The notes beneath the pieces were generated by a model, which searched no databases, was not told the DNA's origin, and saw only the letters and a list, made by a program, of their open reading frames with translations. The translations under genes were made by a program, and so were the position numbers. From positions 186,001 to 250,000 of IMG/VR virus record IMGVR_UViG_3300042473_001265: DNA of 64,000 nt. One strand, 5' to 3'. Positions 1 to 8,473 of the stretch are shown here, in pieces. Position 1 is the first letter of the stretch. Every line of letters starts with the position of its first letter.

Positions 1-2
1 GC

Positions 3-617
3 CTGGCCGCAAGATCTGTTGAAGCTGATCCATATGATGAACAAATTGAAGAAATGCAAGCACAGGCCTTGCAAGAAGTCAGCTACGACACTGTGAACGA
101 GTTTACAAGACTGCAGGAACACCAGGAGTTTTTGTTGAAACTGCTGACCAGCAAGGACAGTTTCATTCGTAAAAAGATCATAGAACAAAATCTAAGTTAC
201 CTGAACACAAGACTCACACACTATCTTGATCGCATTGGATTGCCACACACTGTGGTGTTCCAAAATGATTTGAGCGTGAGCATTGAAGAATTGGGTCGCG
301 AACTGGACTTTGACAATCTGAGTCGTGGCGAACGCAACAGACTTATACTCAGCATGAGTTGGGCATTCCGAGATGTGTACGAAAGTTTGTACCAACCAAT
401 TAATGTGTTGTTCATTGACGAGATGATCGATTCTGGAATGGATACGCAAGGTGTCGAAAACAGCCTGGCCCTGCTCAAGCACATGAGTCGAGAACGTCAC
501 AAGAGTATTTGGCTTGTGAGCCATAGAGACGAATTGGCTGGCCGTGTTGAAAACATTCTCAAAGTGGTGAAAGAAAACGGCTTCACCAGCTATAATACGG
601 ATATTGAACTTGTTTAA
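3..617 (+). CDS. gp46: Recombination endonuclease ATPase subunit (gp46/SbcC/Rad50-like), C-terminal part; gene starts before the window
   Basis: Frame is open from position 3. ABC signature LSRGE, Walker B/D-loop LFIDEMIDSGMD, H-loop LVSHR. Confidence 0.9.
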   Translation: MAARSVEADPYDEQIEEMQAQALQEVSYDTVNEFTRLQEHQEFLLKLLTSKDSFIRKKIIEQNLSYLNTRLTHYLDRIGLPHTVVFQNDLSVSIEELGRELDFDNLSRGERNRLILSMSWAFRDVYESLYQPINVLFIDEMIDSGMDTQGVENSLALLKHMSRERHKSIWLVSHRDELAGRVENILKVVKENGFTSYNTDIELV

Positions 618-1572
618 CTATAAAACAGTACATCTTGAAATCAGTAGCAAATGCGTACTCAAATGTCCGCGCTGCCCTAGGACTGAGTTGAAGTTGGACC
701 GATTAAATCAAGAAATAACACTGAGCGACTTCAAGTCTGGATTTCCAGTGGATGTGCTGAGTCATATTGAACATTTTATATTTTGTGGTGACATTGGTGA
801 TCCAATATATGCTACAGAGTTTTTAGAAATTATACAATACATCAAACAACACAGCAAGATTCGTGTACGCATTGTGACCAATGGCAGTTACAAAAAACCC
901 GAATGGTGGCAACAGTTGGGTGCAATATTAACCGGTAACGATCAGATCACATTCAGTGTTGATGGATGGGACAACCAGTCAAACAATCAATATCGTGTCA
1001 ACAGCGATTTTGAAAGTATTGTATCAGGTATCACTGCGCTGAGAGCATCAAGCAGTTGCGTAATACAATGGTCTGCAATTTATTTTGCGTTTAATCAAGA
1101 CAAAATCAATGACATGCGTGATTTTGCAAAATCTTTAGGGTGCAACCAATTTCAAACTGTTAAAAGTTCAAAGTTTGATAATAGATACCTGGCCGACGGT
1201 ATAGACGAATTAAAGCCTGCCACAGAGTTTGTTGCAAGTACTTTGGTATACGAAACTAGTACAGAATTGTTAAATCAAACTGATTATATACCAATTGTAC
1301 CCAGAACCTCTGAACGGCCACATGCCTGGGCCAAATGTTTAAATTATAAAAAAGATTTGTTTGTTGGAATCAACGGACTAGTAATGCCGTGTCCTTGGTT
1401 CAACAACGGTTACAATGATAACGAGTTTATAAAAAAAAATCATACTCTCATGTCTATCAAAACTCGGCCATTTTTAGAAATAATAAATGATGTCGGTCTA
1501 TGGCAAAAATTACTAGATAGTTTTGATACATCGCCTTTGGAAATTTGTCAATTAAAGTGTAAAAATGGATAA
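604..1572 (+). CDS. Radical SAM protein with C-terminal SPASM/twitch-like Cys motif
   Basis: CxxxCxxC (CVLKCPRC), GDIGDP, TNGS, FSVDG; C-terminal C..PCPW..CxxxC. Confidence 0.85.
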   Translation: MNLFNYKTVHLEISSKCVLKCPRCPRTELKLDRLNQEITLSDFKSGFPVDVLSHIEHFIFCGDIGDPIYATEFLEIIQYIKQHSKIRVRIVTNGSYKKPEWWQQLGAILTGNDQITFSVDGWDNQSNNQYRVNSDFESIVSGITALRASSSCVIQWSAIYFAFNQDKINDMRDFAKSLGCNQFQTVKSSKFDNRYLADGIDELKPATEFVASTLVYETSTELLNQTDYIPIVPRTSERPHAWAKCLNYKKDLFVGINGLVMPCPWFNNGYNDNEFIKKNHTLMSIKTRPFLEIINDVGLWQKLLDSFDTSPLEICQLKCKNG

Positions 1573-2836
1573 TAAAAAAATATTTTGTACAGTACCTTGG
1601 TTTGAAGTTCATGTTAATGCTGACGGAACCTACCATACCTGCGGGGCACAGCCGACACCCAGCAGCATGCCGATGCTGTCGGGATTTACAGAAAAAAATA
1701 ATGTACATTCGATGCATATACAGGACTGGGTCAATGGTGAATACCAAAAAAGAGTCAGACTAGATAAACTCAATGGAGTTTACGAAAAAAGATGTTTGAT
1801 GTGTTATTCAGAAGAGGCCACTGGATCGTCTAGTAAAAGAATTAAAGAAAATTTAAAAAGCAAAATCTACGATGTCAAGTTTGATTTAACTTATAAACAC
1901 AGTCCAGATTTAGCAACCTTTGAGTTTTCAAGGCAAAATCAAGGACTGACTGATATTGTTAAGCCAATCAGCTATCACTTGAATCTTGGTAACGAATGCA
2001 ATTACGCTTGCAAAATGTGCGGACCGGCATGCAGCAGTAAACTAGCAGTTGAAGGAATAAAAGATGGCACATATAGCGGGCCAGCCAAATTAAACTGGAC
2101 CGAAGACACCGCTGCATGGAACTCGGTAACCGATTACATCTGTGCCACCGAAGATTTAAAATATGTTCATATCATTGGTGGCGAGCCACTGTTGAATCCA
2201 CGCTTTGAAGAACTGATTGATAAACTAATAGCAGCCGGCCGAACTGACATCTATTTTGGGTTCACTACAAACGGTTCTATAGTTGATATCAACTTGATTA
2301 AAAAACTAAATGTGTTCAGACATGTTGATATTGGTATCAGTATTGAATGCACCGGAACATTGAATGATTATATTAGAAAAGGTACCCGTACCGCAGAAGT
2401 GTTGGATAATATCGATATCTATTTAAAATATCGAAAAGAATCACATGTGTATGTCACAATCAGAACTGTACCTAGTGCGTTGAGTGTCGGCACTCTAGAC
2501 AGTCTTTATGCCTGGTGTGTAAATCGTCAACTTGATGTTATGACAAATTTATTAGTTAGACCAGATTATTTACAAATAAAAAATTTACCACTAGATGTAA
2601 AACAACGATTAATTAATCAATACGAGCAATGGGAACACAGTAAACCCATTGAAGGTTTTAGTAACCCTCGCGATCCTAACCGATTTAAAGAACACATTGA
2701 CAACGAAATTAATGTGGTACTTAGAAATTTGAAACTGGACAACGATCCAGTTATGACAACAAAATTATACGATATGCTGAAAAAATGGAATTGGCTCAGT
2801 AATCCTGAGATAGCAAAATATTTTGAAACCAAATAA
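1565..2836 (+). CDS. Radical SAM protein with N-terminal SPASM/twitch-like domain
   Basis: N-terminal FCTVPW..TC..CLMC; CNYACKMC; GGEPLL; TTNGS. Confidence 0.88.
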   Translation: MDNKKIFCTVPWFEVHVNADGTYHTCGAQPTPSSMPMLSGFTEKNNVHSMHIQDWVNGEYQKRVRLDKLNGVYEKRCLMCYSEEATGSSSKRIKENLKSKIYDVKFDLTYKHSPDLATFEFSRQNQGLTDIVKPISYHLNLGNECNYACKMCGPACSSKLAVEGIKDGTYSGPAKLNWTEDTAAWNSVTDYICATEDLKYVHIIGGEPLLNPRFEELIDKLIAAGRTDIYFGFTTNGSIVDINLIKKLNVFRHVDIGISIECTGTLNDYIRKGTRTAEVLDNIDIYLKYRKESHVYVTIRTVPSALSVGTLDSLYAWCVNRQLDVMTNLLVRPDYLQIKNLPLDVKQRLINQYEQWEHSKPIEGFSNPRDPNRFKEHIDNEINVVLRNLKLDNDPVMTTKLYDMLKKWNWLSNPEIAKYFETK

Positions 2837-2904
2837 CTGCAAAAATTTATACAAACACACTCAAAGGCATAACTATACAGCAAAGGTAATACAACAGATT
2901 CCGC

Positions 2905-3333
2905 ATGACATGGCACTATCAAAACACCCCAGTTGAGACACTGCCCGAAGAATGCATAGGATTTGTTTACCTGATCACCAATAATCTTTCTGGTCGCAAG
3001 TACATAGGCAAAAAACTAGCTAAATTTTCAAAAACCACTTACAAAACTGTAAAACAAAAAAACGGCATCAAGAAAAAAAAGAAAATTAGAACCAAAATTG
3101 ACAGTGATTGGCGCGAGTACTACGGTTCAAGCGAAAATCTAACTGTTGATGTCAACACCTTAGGCACCGAAAACTTCACCAGAGAAATACTTTACTATTG
3201 CACATCAAAAGCACAATGCAGTTACATTGAAGCTAGAGAACAGTTCAATCGCAAGGTATTGGAATCCACAGATTATTACAACGGCCAGATCTCAGTCAGA
3301 GTTCATGGCTCACACATCATAAACAAAATTTAA
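2905..3333 (+). CDS. Short GIY-YIG family nuclease (Seg-like catalytic domain only)
   Basis: GFVYLITN..RKYIGKK, YYGSS, conserved E (YIEAREQ) and YYN motifs; Lys-rich insert KKKKKIR. Confidence 0.8.
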   Translation: MTWHYQNTPVETLPEECIGFVYLITNNLSGRKYIGKKLAKFSKTTYKTVKQKNGIKKKKKIRTKIDSDWREYYGSSENLTVDVNTLGTENFTREILYYCTSKAQCSYIEAREQFNRKVLESTDYYNGQISVRVHGSHIINKI

Positions 3334-3747
3334 GGCAACACAAACGACACTGTGCCGGATGTTTGATTCGGCTCCATTGAGGAACGGTGAGATACCCGGT
3401 CTGGACTTGGACGTCAAAGGCAATTGCTAACTTAAGGCAACAAATGGTCGGGGCTCTGTGAAACAGATACAACCCCTGCTTATAGGACTTGGATCTATAT
3501 CGGGTTACTAGGGTTCCGTTGATATGTGAAGCTTGAGTAGGGGGTACCGGTCAACCGCCTCCGCGTAGGAAACTACAATCTCATTACTATAGATGACTGC
3601 TGTCACTCGGATGATGCTTTCAATTCACCGTGCATACGGTGAATTATGACCACATAATCTGGATGATACTAATACTTACTTTTCTAATTCAAACAAATGT
3701 CTGAGCGATAGCGATAGACATAGATACACGAAGTGTATCTTGAACTG
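3334..3747 (+). ncRNA. Putative large structured non-coding element (ncRNA or origin); family not recognised, strand inferred
   Basis: Longest ORF-free gap in a gene-dense window. Stem-loops at 3354-3372, 3450-3476, 3565-3576 (GAAA tetraloop), 3622-3645 (perfect 10-bp stem), 3697-3721 and 3722-3740. Confidence 0.55.
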
Positions 3748-4086
3748 TTAGAGATTAGTATCAGGCCAATCTCTAAACAAGGCATGTTGTATAGTTGAAC
3801 AATCTACAAACTGATTAAAGCTCTTGTGTTTGACTTCAAGTTCGCCTTCTAAAGGTGCTACTCTTTTAAATGCCTGATCCATTTGGGCCATGCCTGTGAA
3901 CTCCATGATGATCATCCATTCAGGCATGTCTGCAATGCTACGGAATCCCATCTTGCAGCGGGTGATTCTATAGTTCTCCATGTTGCCTTCAGAGATCAAA
4001 TGATCAAAGAAACTTTTCATGCCCGCGACCCATTCAAGGTCTGTGATGTCGCCTTCTTTGTTTGCCCAAATTGTGTATAAATCCAT
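3748..4086 (-). CDS. Conserved hypothetical protein (DUF6614-like)
   Basis: 112-aa ORF; MDLYTIWA..YRITRCKMGF..PEWMIIMEF..FRDWPD resembles DUF6614 from memory. Confidence 0.6.
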   Translation of the reverse strand: MDLYTIWANKEGDITDLEWVAGMKSFFDHLISEGNMENYRITRCKMGFRSIADMPEWMIIMEFTGMAQMDQAFKRVAPLEGELEVKHKSFNQFVDCSTIQHALFRDWPDTNL

Positions 4087-4088
4087 AG

Positions 4089-4532
4089 TTACTCCAGTGG
4101 TCCTAGTATTTCAAATCCGTCCATGTCAGATTTGTACAAGTGTGCCTGTTCAAGATACAAGTATTCAAACCCTCGTTCCTTGTAGATAGCACACTCTGCT
4201 TTCATTGTTTCAATACCCAGTCTCAGCCGGGGCTTGTGATATGTCCATGCAAATTGATCACACAAGGCATTGTGCTGATCAAATCTGCGTATCAAGCTCC
4301 AGGCTACCAGTTGATCTTGATCAAAGTATCCAATGATGTCTGCCATGGGGTCAAAGTATCGACTGTGAAATATTGGCATTACTGATGCAAAGTGTTTGTA
4401 TGTGCAGTAAGTTTTGTAGATACTGTCCAACTGATCCAGTACTGACGGTTCTCTACTGGTGATATACTGCCACTTGATTGTGGGAACATAGTTGGTCTTG
4501 CTCAAGTCTATTCTAGCAAATTGATAGCTCAT
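4089..4532 (-). CDS. Aminoacyl-tRNA-protein transferase C-terminal (ATE/Bpt GNAT)-like protein
   Basis: GYFDQDQLVAWS..RLGIETMKAECAIYKERGFEYLYL resembles the ATE_C pattern (G.LVAV..SLG...L.EI..A...GL.YLYLG). Confidence 0.6.
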   Translation of the reverse strand: MSYQFARIDLSKTNYVPTIKWQYITSREPSVLDQLDSIYKTYCTYKHFASVMPIFHSRYFDPMADIIGYFDQDQLVAWSLIRRFDQHNALCDQFAWTYHKPRLRLGIETMKAECAIYKERGFEYLYLEQAHLYKSDMDGFEILGPLE

Positions 4533-5035
4533 GCTCTGGGATCCTGTCTATGCTGAAACAACTGTTCAAGATACTGGTTGGGCCAAGAATTATAAAATCC
4601 TTTTGTATGCATTTGTGCTGCTGCTGTGTTCAGTTTGCTGAGACTTTGCAACATGGCCAGGGCATAGGTGCCTTGATTCATGCTGATGCCGTTGACAATT
4701 TCAGCATCTGCAGGATGATCTTCCAGCACCAGTAAATCATTCGCTAACAAAAAATCCTGGTTGGCCTGGTCCAGGCTAGAATGAAACAGATCATACGCCC
4801 ATTCTGCAGGATCATAAGCATAGATTATGACTTCTGCTGTGCCCAAGCCGTCTCTGCAGCGATTGCGTAGATCATAATATGGGTCTGACCCAACGATGAT
4901 TTTAACTGTGCCTGACAGTCGTGCTTTTCTAGCAAATGGACAAGGAGCCCAGTTGCCCAGTGCAGGATGCGGAACTTCTACAAAATTCTCTACCCAGTGC
5001 AGGATGTCTCGGGTTACAGCGTCTAAGTCTAACAT
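4529..5035 (-). CDS. Hypothetical protein, DUF1415-like
   Basis: W...FV......LG...PCPFARKA and DHP motifs; 4-nt overlap with the next gene. Confidence 0.55.
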   Translation of the reverse strand: MLDLDAVTRDILHWVENFVEVPHPALGNWAPCPFARKARLSGTVKIIVGSDPYYDLRNRCRDGLGTAEVIIYAYDPAEWAYDLFHSSLDQANQDFLLANDLLVLEDHPADAEIVNGISMNQGTYALAMLQSLSKLNTAAAQMHTKGFYNSWPNQYLEQLFQHRQDPRA

Positions 5036-5036
5036 T

Positions 5037-5213
5037 TTAAAAAAACGGCAGTCCTGTCTTTTTTGTAGTTTCTAAATTTTCTTTGATAAGTGCAGAAATG
5101 GTAGTGCGCTCATCTGGACTGAGATTCAGCGCAGATTCATACGACAACCCACCACGCATGTACCATACCATTTTTAACGCCTCTTGCTTGATTTCTCTGC
5201 TTTCTTTTTCCAT
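5037..5213 (-). CDS. Small baseplate-hub assembly/chaperone ORF (gp51-like); may be expressed as a -1 frameshift extension of the upstream gene
   Basis: MEKESREIKQEALKMVWYMRGGLSY..ER..LIKEN; the frame stays open upstream across the slippery site at 5267-5273. Confidence 0.6.
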   Translation of the reverse strand: MEKESREIKQEALKMVWYMRGGLSYESALNLSPDERTTISALIKENLETTKKTGLPFF

Positions 5214-5251
5214 TTGGTCCACCCAGTTGGAAATTTGTTCAGAGTCCAAGA

Positions 5252-6088
5252 CTAAGAGGCGTCCTCGAAAAAACTTGTCATGTCCAAGGTAACAGCTTGT
5301 TGGTAGTCTTTTTCGCATGCAGCACATTTCAACGTCATTGGTTGAATCTCTGCTTGGGATTTTATATTAACAATGTGATCTCGTATTTTAGCAAACAATC
5401 GTCGATCACAGTGTTTCAACATGTCTTCGATGTGTTCAGGATCACTGACCAATGCGTCGGGTGTTTTTACAGCAGCAATACTCTGTGACAACGCATGCAC
5501 TGTGATTTCTGTAATTTTCATCAAGGCTGCACTCAGTGCGGACATTCTCTGTTCGTTTGGCATTTCTACGCCAGGTAATGTTTCTAAGATTTTTTGTTCT
5601 TCAAACTGACGTTGATTGTTATCGTTGAGATTCTTATAAGTCATTGGTTTGAAAAAAATCTCAAGATCGCCAGCCGTCACTGGCATAGAATAGTCCGGCG
5701 CCTTCATGCGTTCCAACATTGTTCTCAAATCCATTCCGTAATCATCTTCGTTTTTACAATGAGGACAGGTGGTTGAAACTTCCATGATATGACCGTAACT
5801 GGCAATGCGAATAGCTACAAGAATAGTGTCAACATCCATAGCAGGTATTGCCCATGGATCAACAATGTTGGGTATACAACTTTTAATGACATTGGTAACA
5901 GCATTGCCGTTGAACAAGGCATCAGGAGTTCTGTAGGTAATTTCGTCAATGGCAGTCATTGGATAAACTGGCAGCTCACGGTTGGCTGGCATGGTCAACG
6001 CCCCGGGTGTATAATGCTCTCCGTTGCTGGGCAGTTTGACATAGATTGCTGGCTGTCTAAAATACTGTGTTAGCGGGTTAATTGACAT
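5252..6088 (-). CDS. Baseplate hub subunit / tail assembly chaperone (T4 gp26-like)
   Basis: LPSNG, PMTAIDE, D.DTILVAIRIASYG, and two CxxC pairs (CPHC, CAAC). Confidence 0.75.
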   Translation of the reverse strand: MSINPLTQYFRQPAIYVKLPSNGEHYTPGALTMPANRELPVYPMTAIDEITYRTPDALFNGNAVTNVIKSCIPNIVDPWAIPAMDVDTILVAIRIASYGHIMEVSTTCPHCKNEDDYGMDLRTMLERMKAPDYSMPVTAGDLEIFFKPMTYKNLNDNNQRQFEEQKILETLPGVEMPNEQRMSALSAALMKITEITVHALSQSIAAVKTPDALVSDPEHIEDMLKHCDRRLFAKIRDHIVNIKSQAEIQPMTLKCAACEKDYQQAVTLDMTSFFEDAS

Positions 6089-6143
6089 GAGATTTTCCTA
6101 TATAAATATAGTTATGGCAATTATTACCCAAGGCGAATAAAAT

Positions 6144-8435
6144 ATGGCTGGATTTACACCCGAAGAAGCAGCAGCAATCAAACAGCAAGAGATAGAGGAC
6201 ATCCTACGGTTTGGGCGAGCCAGTGACGAAACTCGTAAACAGCTAATGGACTTGTCAGTTGGCGTCAAAGGCACCACTGAAGGGCTAACTAGAAATTTTA
6301 AAGCTCTTGGCACTAGTGGAATAAGTTTAGCCAAAGAACTAAATGCAGGTGTAGTTGGCGCCAGTGTTTTCAACGATTCCATTGGCAGTGTGTCTAATGC
6401 TTTGGGGGATTTGGTTGGACTAATTCCTTATGTGGGAGGTGCTCTTAAAACGCTGGTCAAAGGAGCAAGCGAGTATACTCAAGCAGTAAACAAGCAGGCT
6501 GATCAGCTGTATAGCACCTATAAACAAATGGGTGCAATTGGTGCAGCCGGTGCCGGCGGCATGCAGTCAGTGTATGACAATCTAAAAAAACTCAATCTTG
6601 GCGTCAACGAACTAAGCGACTTTGCCAGTCTCGTTGGTGAAAATGCTCAAACTCTGGCCAGTTTTGGAAAAACAGTTGGCAGTGGTCTTGATGAATTTGC
6701 AAACATATCCAATGCAATTCAACAAAGCGATGTAGGTGCAGAATTCCGTGACATGGGTATCAGCGTCATGGAAATAAACAAAGGCATTGCTGGTTACACC
6801 AAGATGCAAAATTTGGTAGGCGGCCGTCAAAAAATGACCACAGATCAATTGATTGCTGCGTCACAAGACTACATCAGAGAAGTGGATCTGTTGGCCAAGA
6901 TCACAGGCAAAAATAGAGCCGAGCAAGAAGCATCTAAAGAAAGTGCCATGGCAGAAGAACGCTATGCTGCTTACAAATACGAGTTGGATCAACGAGCCAA
7001 AATGGGCGACGAAGCAGCCAAGGCTCAACTGGCTACTGTTGAAGGCACACAAATCATGTTGGACAAGATGGCGCCAGAAACACGCAAAGGTTTCTTGAAC
7101 ATTCTTTCTGGCACATTAGATACTCCAGAAGCTGCTAAACTACTGATGACCATGCCTAATGCAGCAGCAATAGCCGGCAAACAAACATTTACACAAGCTG
7201 AATTTCAAGCAGCAGCACTCAAAGACATTACCAGCAACCTGCAAGGTGGCGGCCTGCAATTGGCCAAAATGGGATCTAATAATGATACATTTTTGTCTAT
7301 TCAAGAACAAATGAAGCTAAAAGCCCATCTTGAAGGCGCAACCTACGATGAAAGACTGGCTGCTGCCAAAACAGGTCAAAAGTTAACCGACCAAGCCACT
7401 AAAAACATGGGCAAGATCGAAGATGCAAATCGTACATCTCGTGACAATCTCAATGATTTGGTCAATGCCGGCATAGAACCTGTTACTGCAGGTATGAAAG
7501 GCTTGGCCAACGCTACTGATGCCACTATCACTGCCATGACAAAAATGGCAGGAATGGCAGGTGTAACAGTCAAGAAGCGCGATGCAGCACCAGCAGCAGC
7601 ATCAGCACCGCCAGCAGCGCCAACACCAAGTGGAGCAGCACCTAGAGCAAATATTAGTGGACAGTTAAAAGACGATTTATTAAGTCGTCTGTCATCTTCT
7701 GGAATCACTGATAAAAAAGCTCAAGCCAATGTATTGGCACAGTTTGATGCCGAGTCTGGTGGCAACACAGGCGCACAAGAAAAATTAGGCTACAGTGCCA
7801 AACGATTGTTAGAAGTATTTCCAAAGAAATTCAAAGATTTGCAGGATGCTGAATCTGTTGCATCAGCTGGACAAGAAGCCATAGGTAATCGAATCTACGG
7901 CGGCCGGATGGGCAATGCCGCAGACGAAGGATTCAAATACCGTGGTCGTGGTCTGGTACAGTTGACTGGCAAAGACAATTATAAAAAGTTTGGCGAGTTA
8001 TTGGGAATTGATTTAGTTAAAGATCCAGATTTGGCTGCAACTCCTGAAATTGCCAAAGCAATTGCTGTAGAATATGTCAAACAAAAACAACAATCTGGTA
8101 CAGATTTGACCAACATTGCAGATCTTGGCAAGGCCATTGGCTATGCTGGTGGCCAAGCAGAAACTGCAAAACGAGCCAACATAGCCACAGCATACATGGC
8201 AGGTGGTGGAGTAATCAAAGCCACGCCTGGTGGTGTAGATCTTGTAGCGGGAGAAGCTGGACAAAACGAAGCAATAGTTCCATTGCCTGATGGCAGATCA
8301 ATACCTGTGCAAATGCAAGGAGCTGATCAACAAACTGGAATTATGGCTGAACAATTGGCCCGTCTGGATGATATTATGCGTGTGTTGCAAAATCAATTGG
8401 GTGTGTCAGAAAAGATTTTAAAGTATGCACAGTAA
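6144..8435 (+). CDS. Tape-measure-like protein with a C-terminal GH19 (chitinase/lysozyme-like) muralytic domain
   Basis: Long Ala/Gln-rich helical region, then AQFDAESG..E.LGYS..GNRIYGGRMGN..YRGRGLVQLTGKDNY, and a GEAG.EAIVPL tail. Confidence 0.75.
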   Translation: MAGFTPEEAAAIKQQEIEDILRFGRASDETRKQLMDLSVGVKGTTEGLTRNFKALGTSGISLAKELNAGVVGASVFNDSIGSVSNALGDLVGLIPYVGGALKTLVKGASEYTQAVNKQADQLYSTYKQMGAIGAAGAGGMQSVYDNLKKLNLGVNELSDFASLVGENAQTLASFGKTVGSGLDEFANISNAIQQSDVGAEFRDMGISVMEINKGIAGYTKMQNLVGGRQKMTTDQLIAASQDYIREVDLLAKITGKNRAEQEASKESAMAEERYAAYKYELDQRAKMGDEAAKAQLATVEGTQIMLDKMAPETRKGFLNILSGTLDTPEAAKLLMTMPNAAAIAGKQTFTQAEFQAAALKDITSNLQGGGLQLAKMGSNNDTFLSIQEQMKLKAHLEGATYDERLAAAKTGQKLTDQATKNMGKIEDANRTSRDNLNDLVNAGIEPVTAGMKGLANATDATITAMTKMAGMAGVTVKKRDAAPAAASAPPAAPTPSGAAPRANISGQLKDDLLSRLSSSGITDKKAQANVLAQFDAESGGNTGAQEKLGYSAKRLLEVFPKKFKDLQDAESVASAGQEAIGNRIYGGRMGNAADEGFKYRGRGLVQLTGKDNYKKFGELLGIDLVKDPDLAATPEIAKAIAVEYVKQKQQSGTDLTNIADLGKAIGYAGGQAETAKRANIATAYMAGGGVIKATPGGVDLVAGEAGQNEAIVPLPDGRSIPVQMQGADQQTGIMAEQLARLDDIMRVLQNQLGVSEKILKYAQ

Positions 8436-8473
8436 TTGCGGTAAATACTACCGTATATTAAAGGACAACTCAA

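Noticed and set aside
3334-3747. Group I/II intron, RNase P, tmRNA, tRNA or hammerhead identity for the structured region
   Set aside because: I could not find the diagnostic cores (P7 motifs, domain V, GAGGAAAGUCC, T-loop/CCA, CUGANGA), and no interrupted gene flanks it. A covariance search is still needed.
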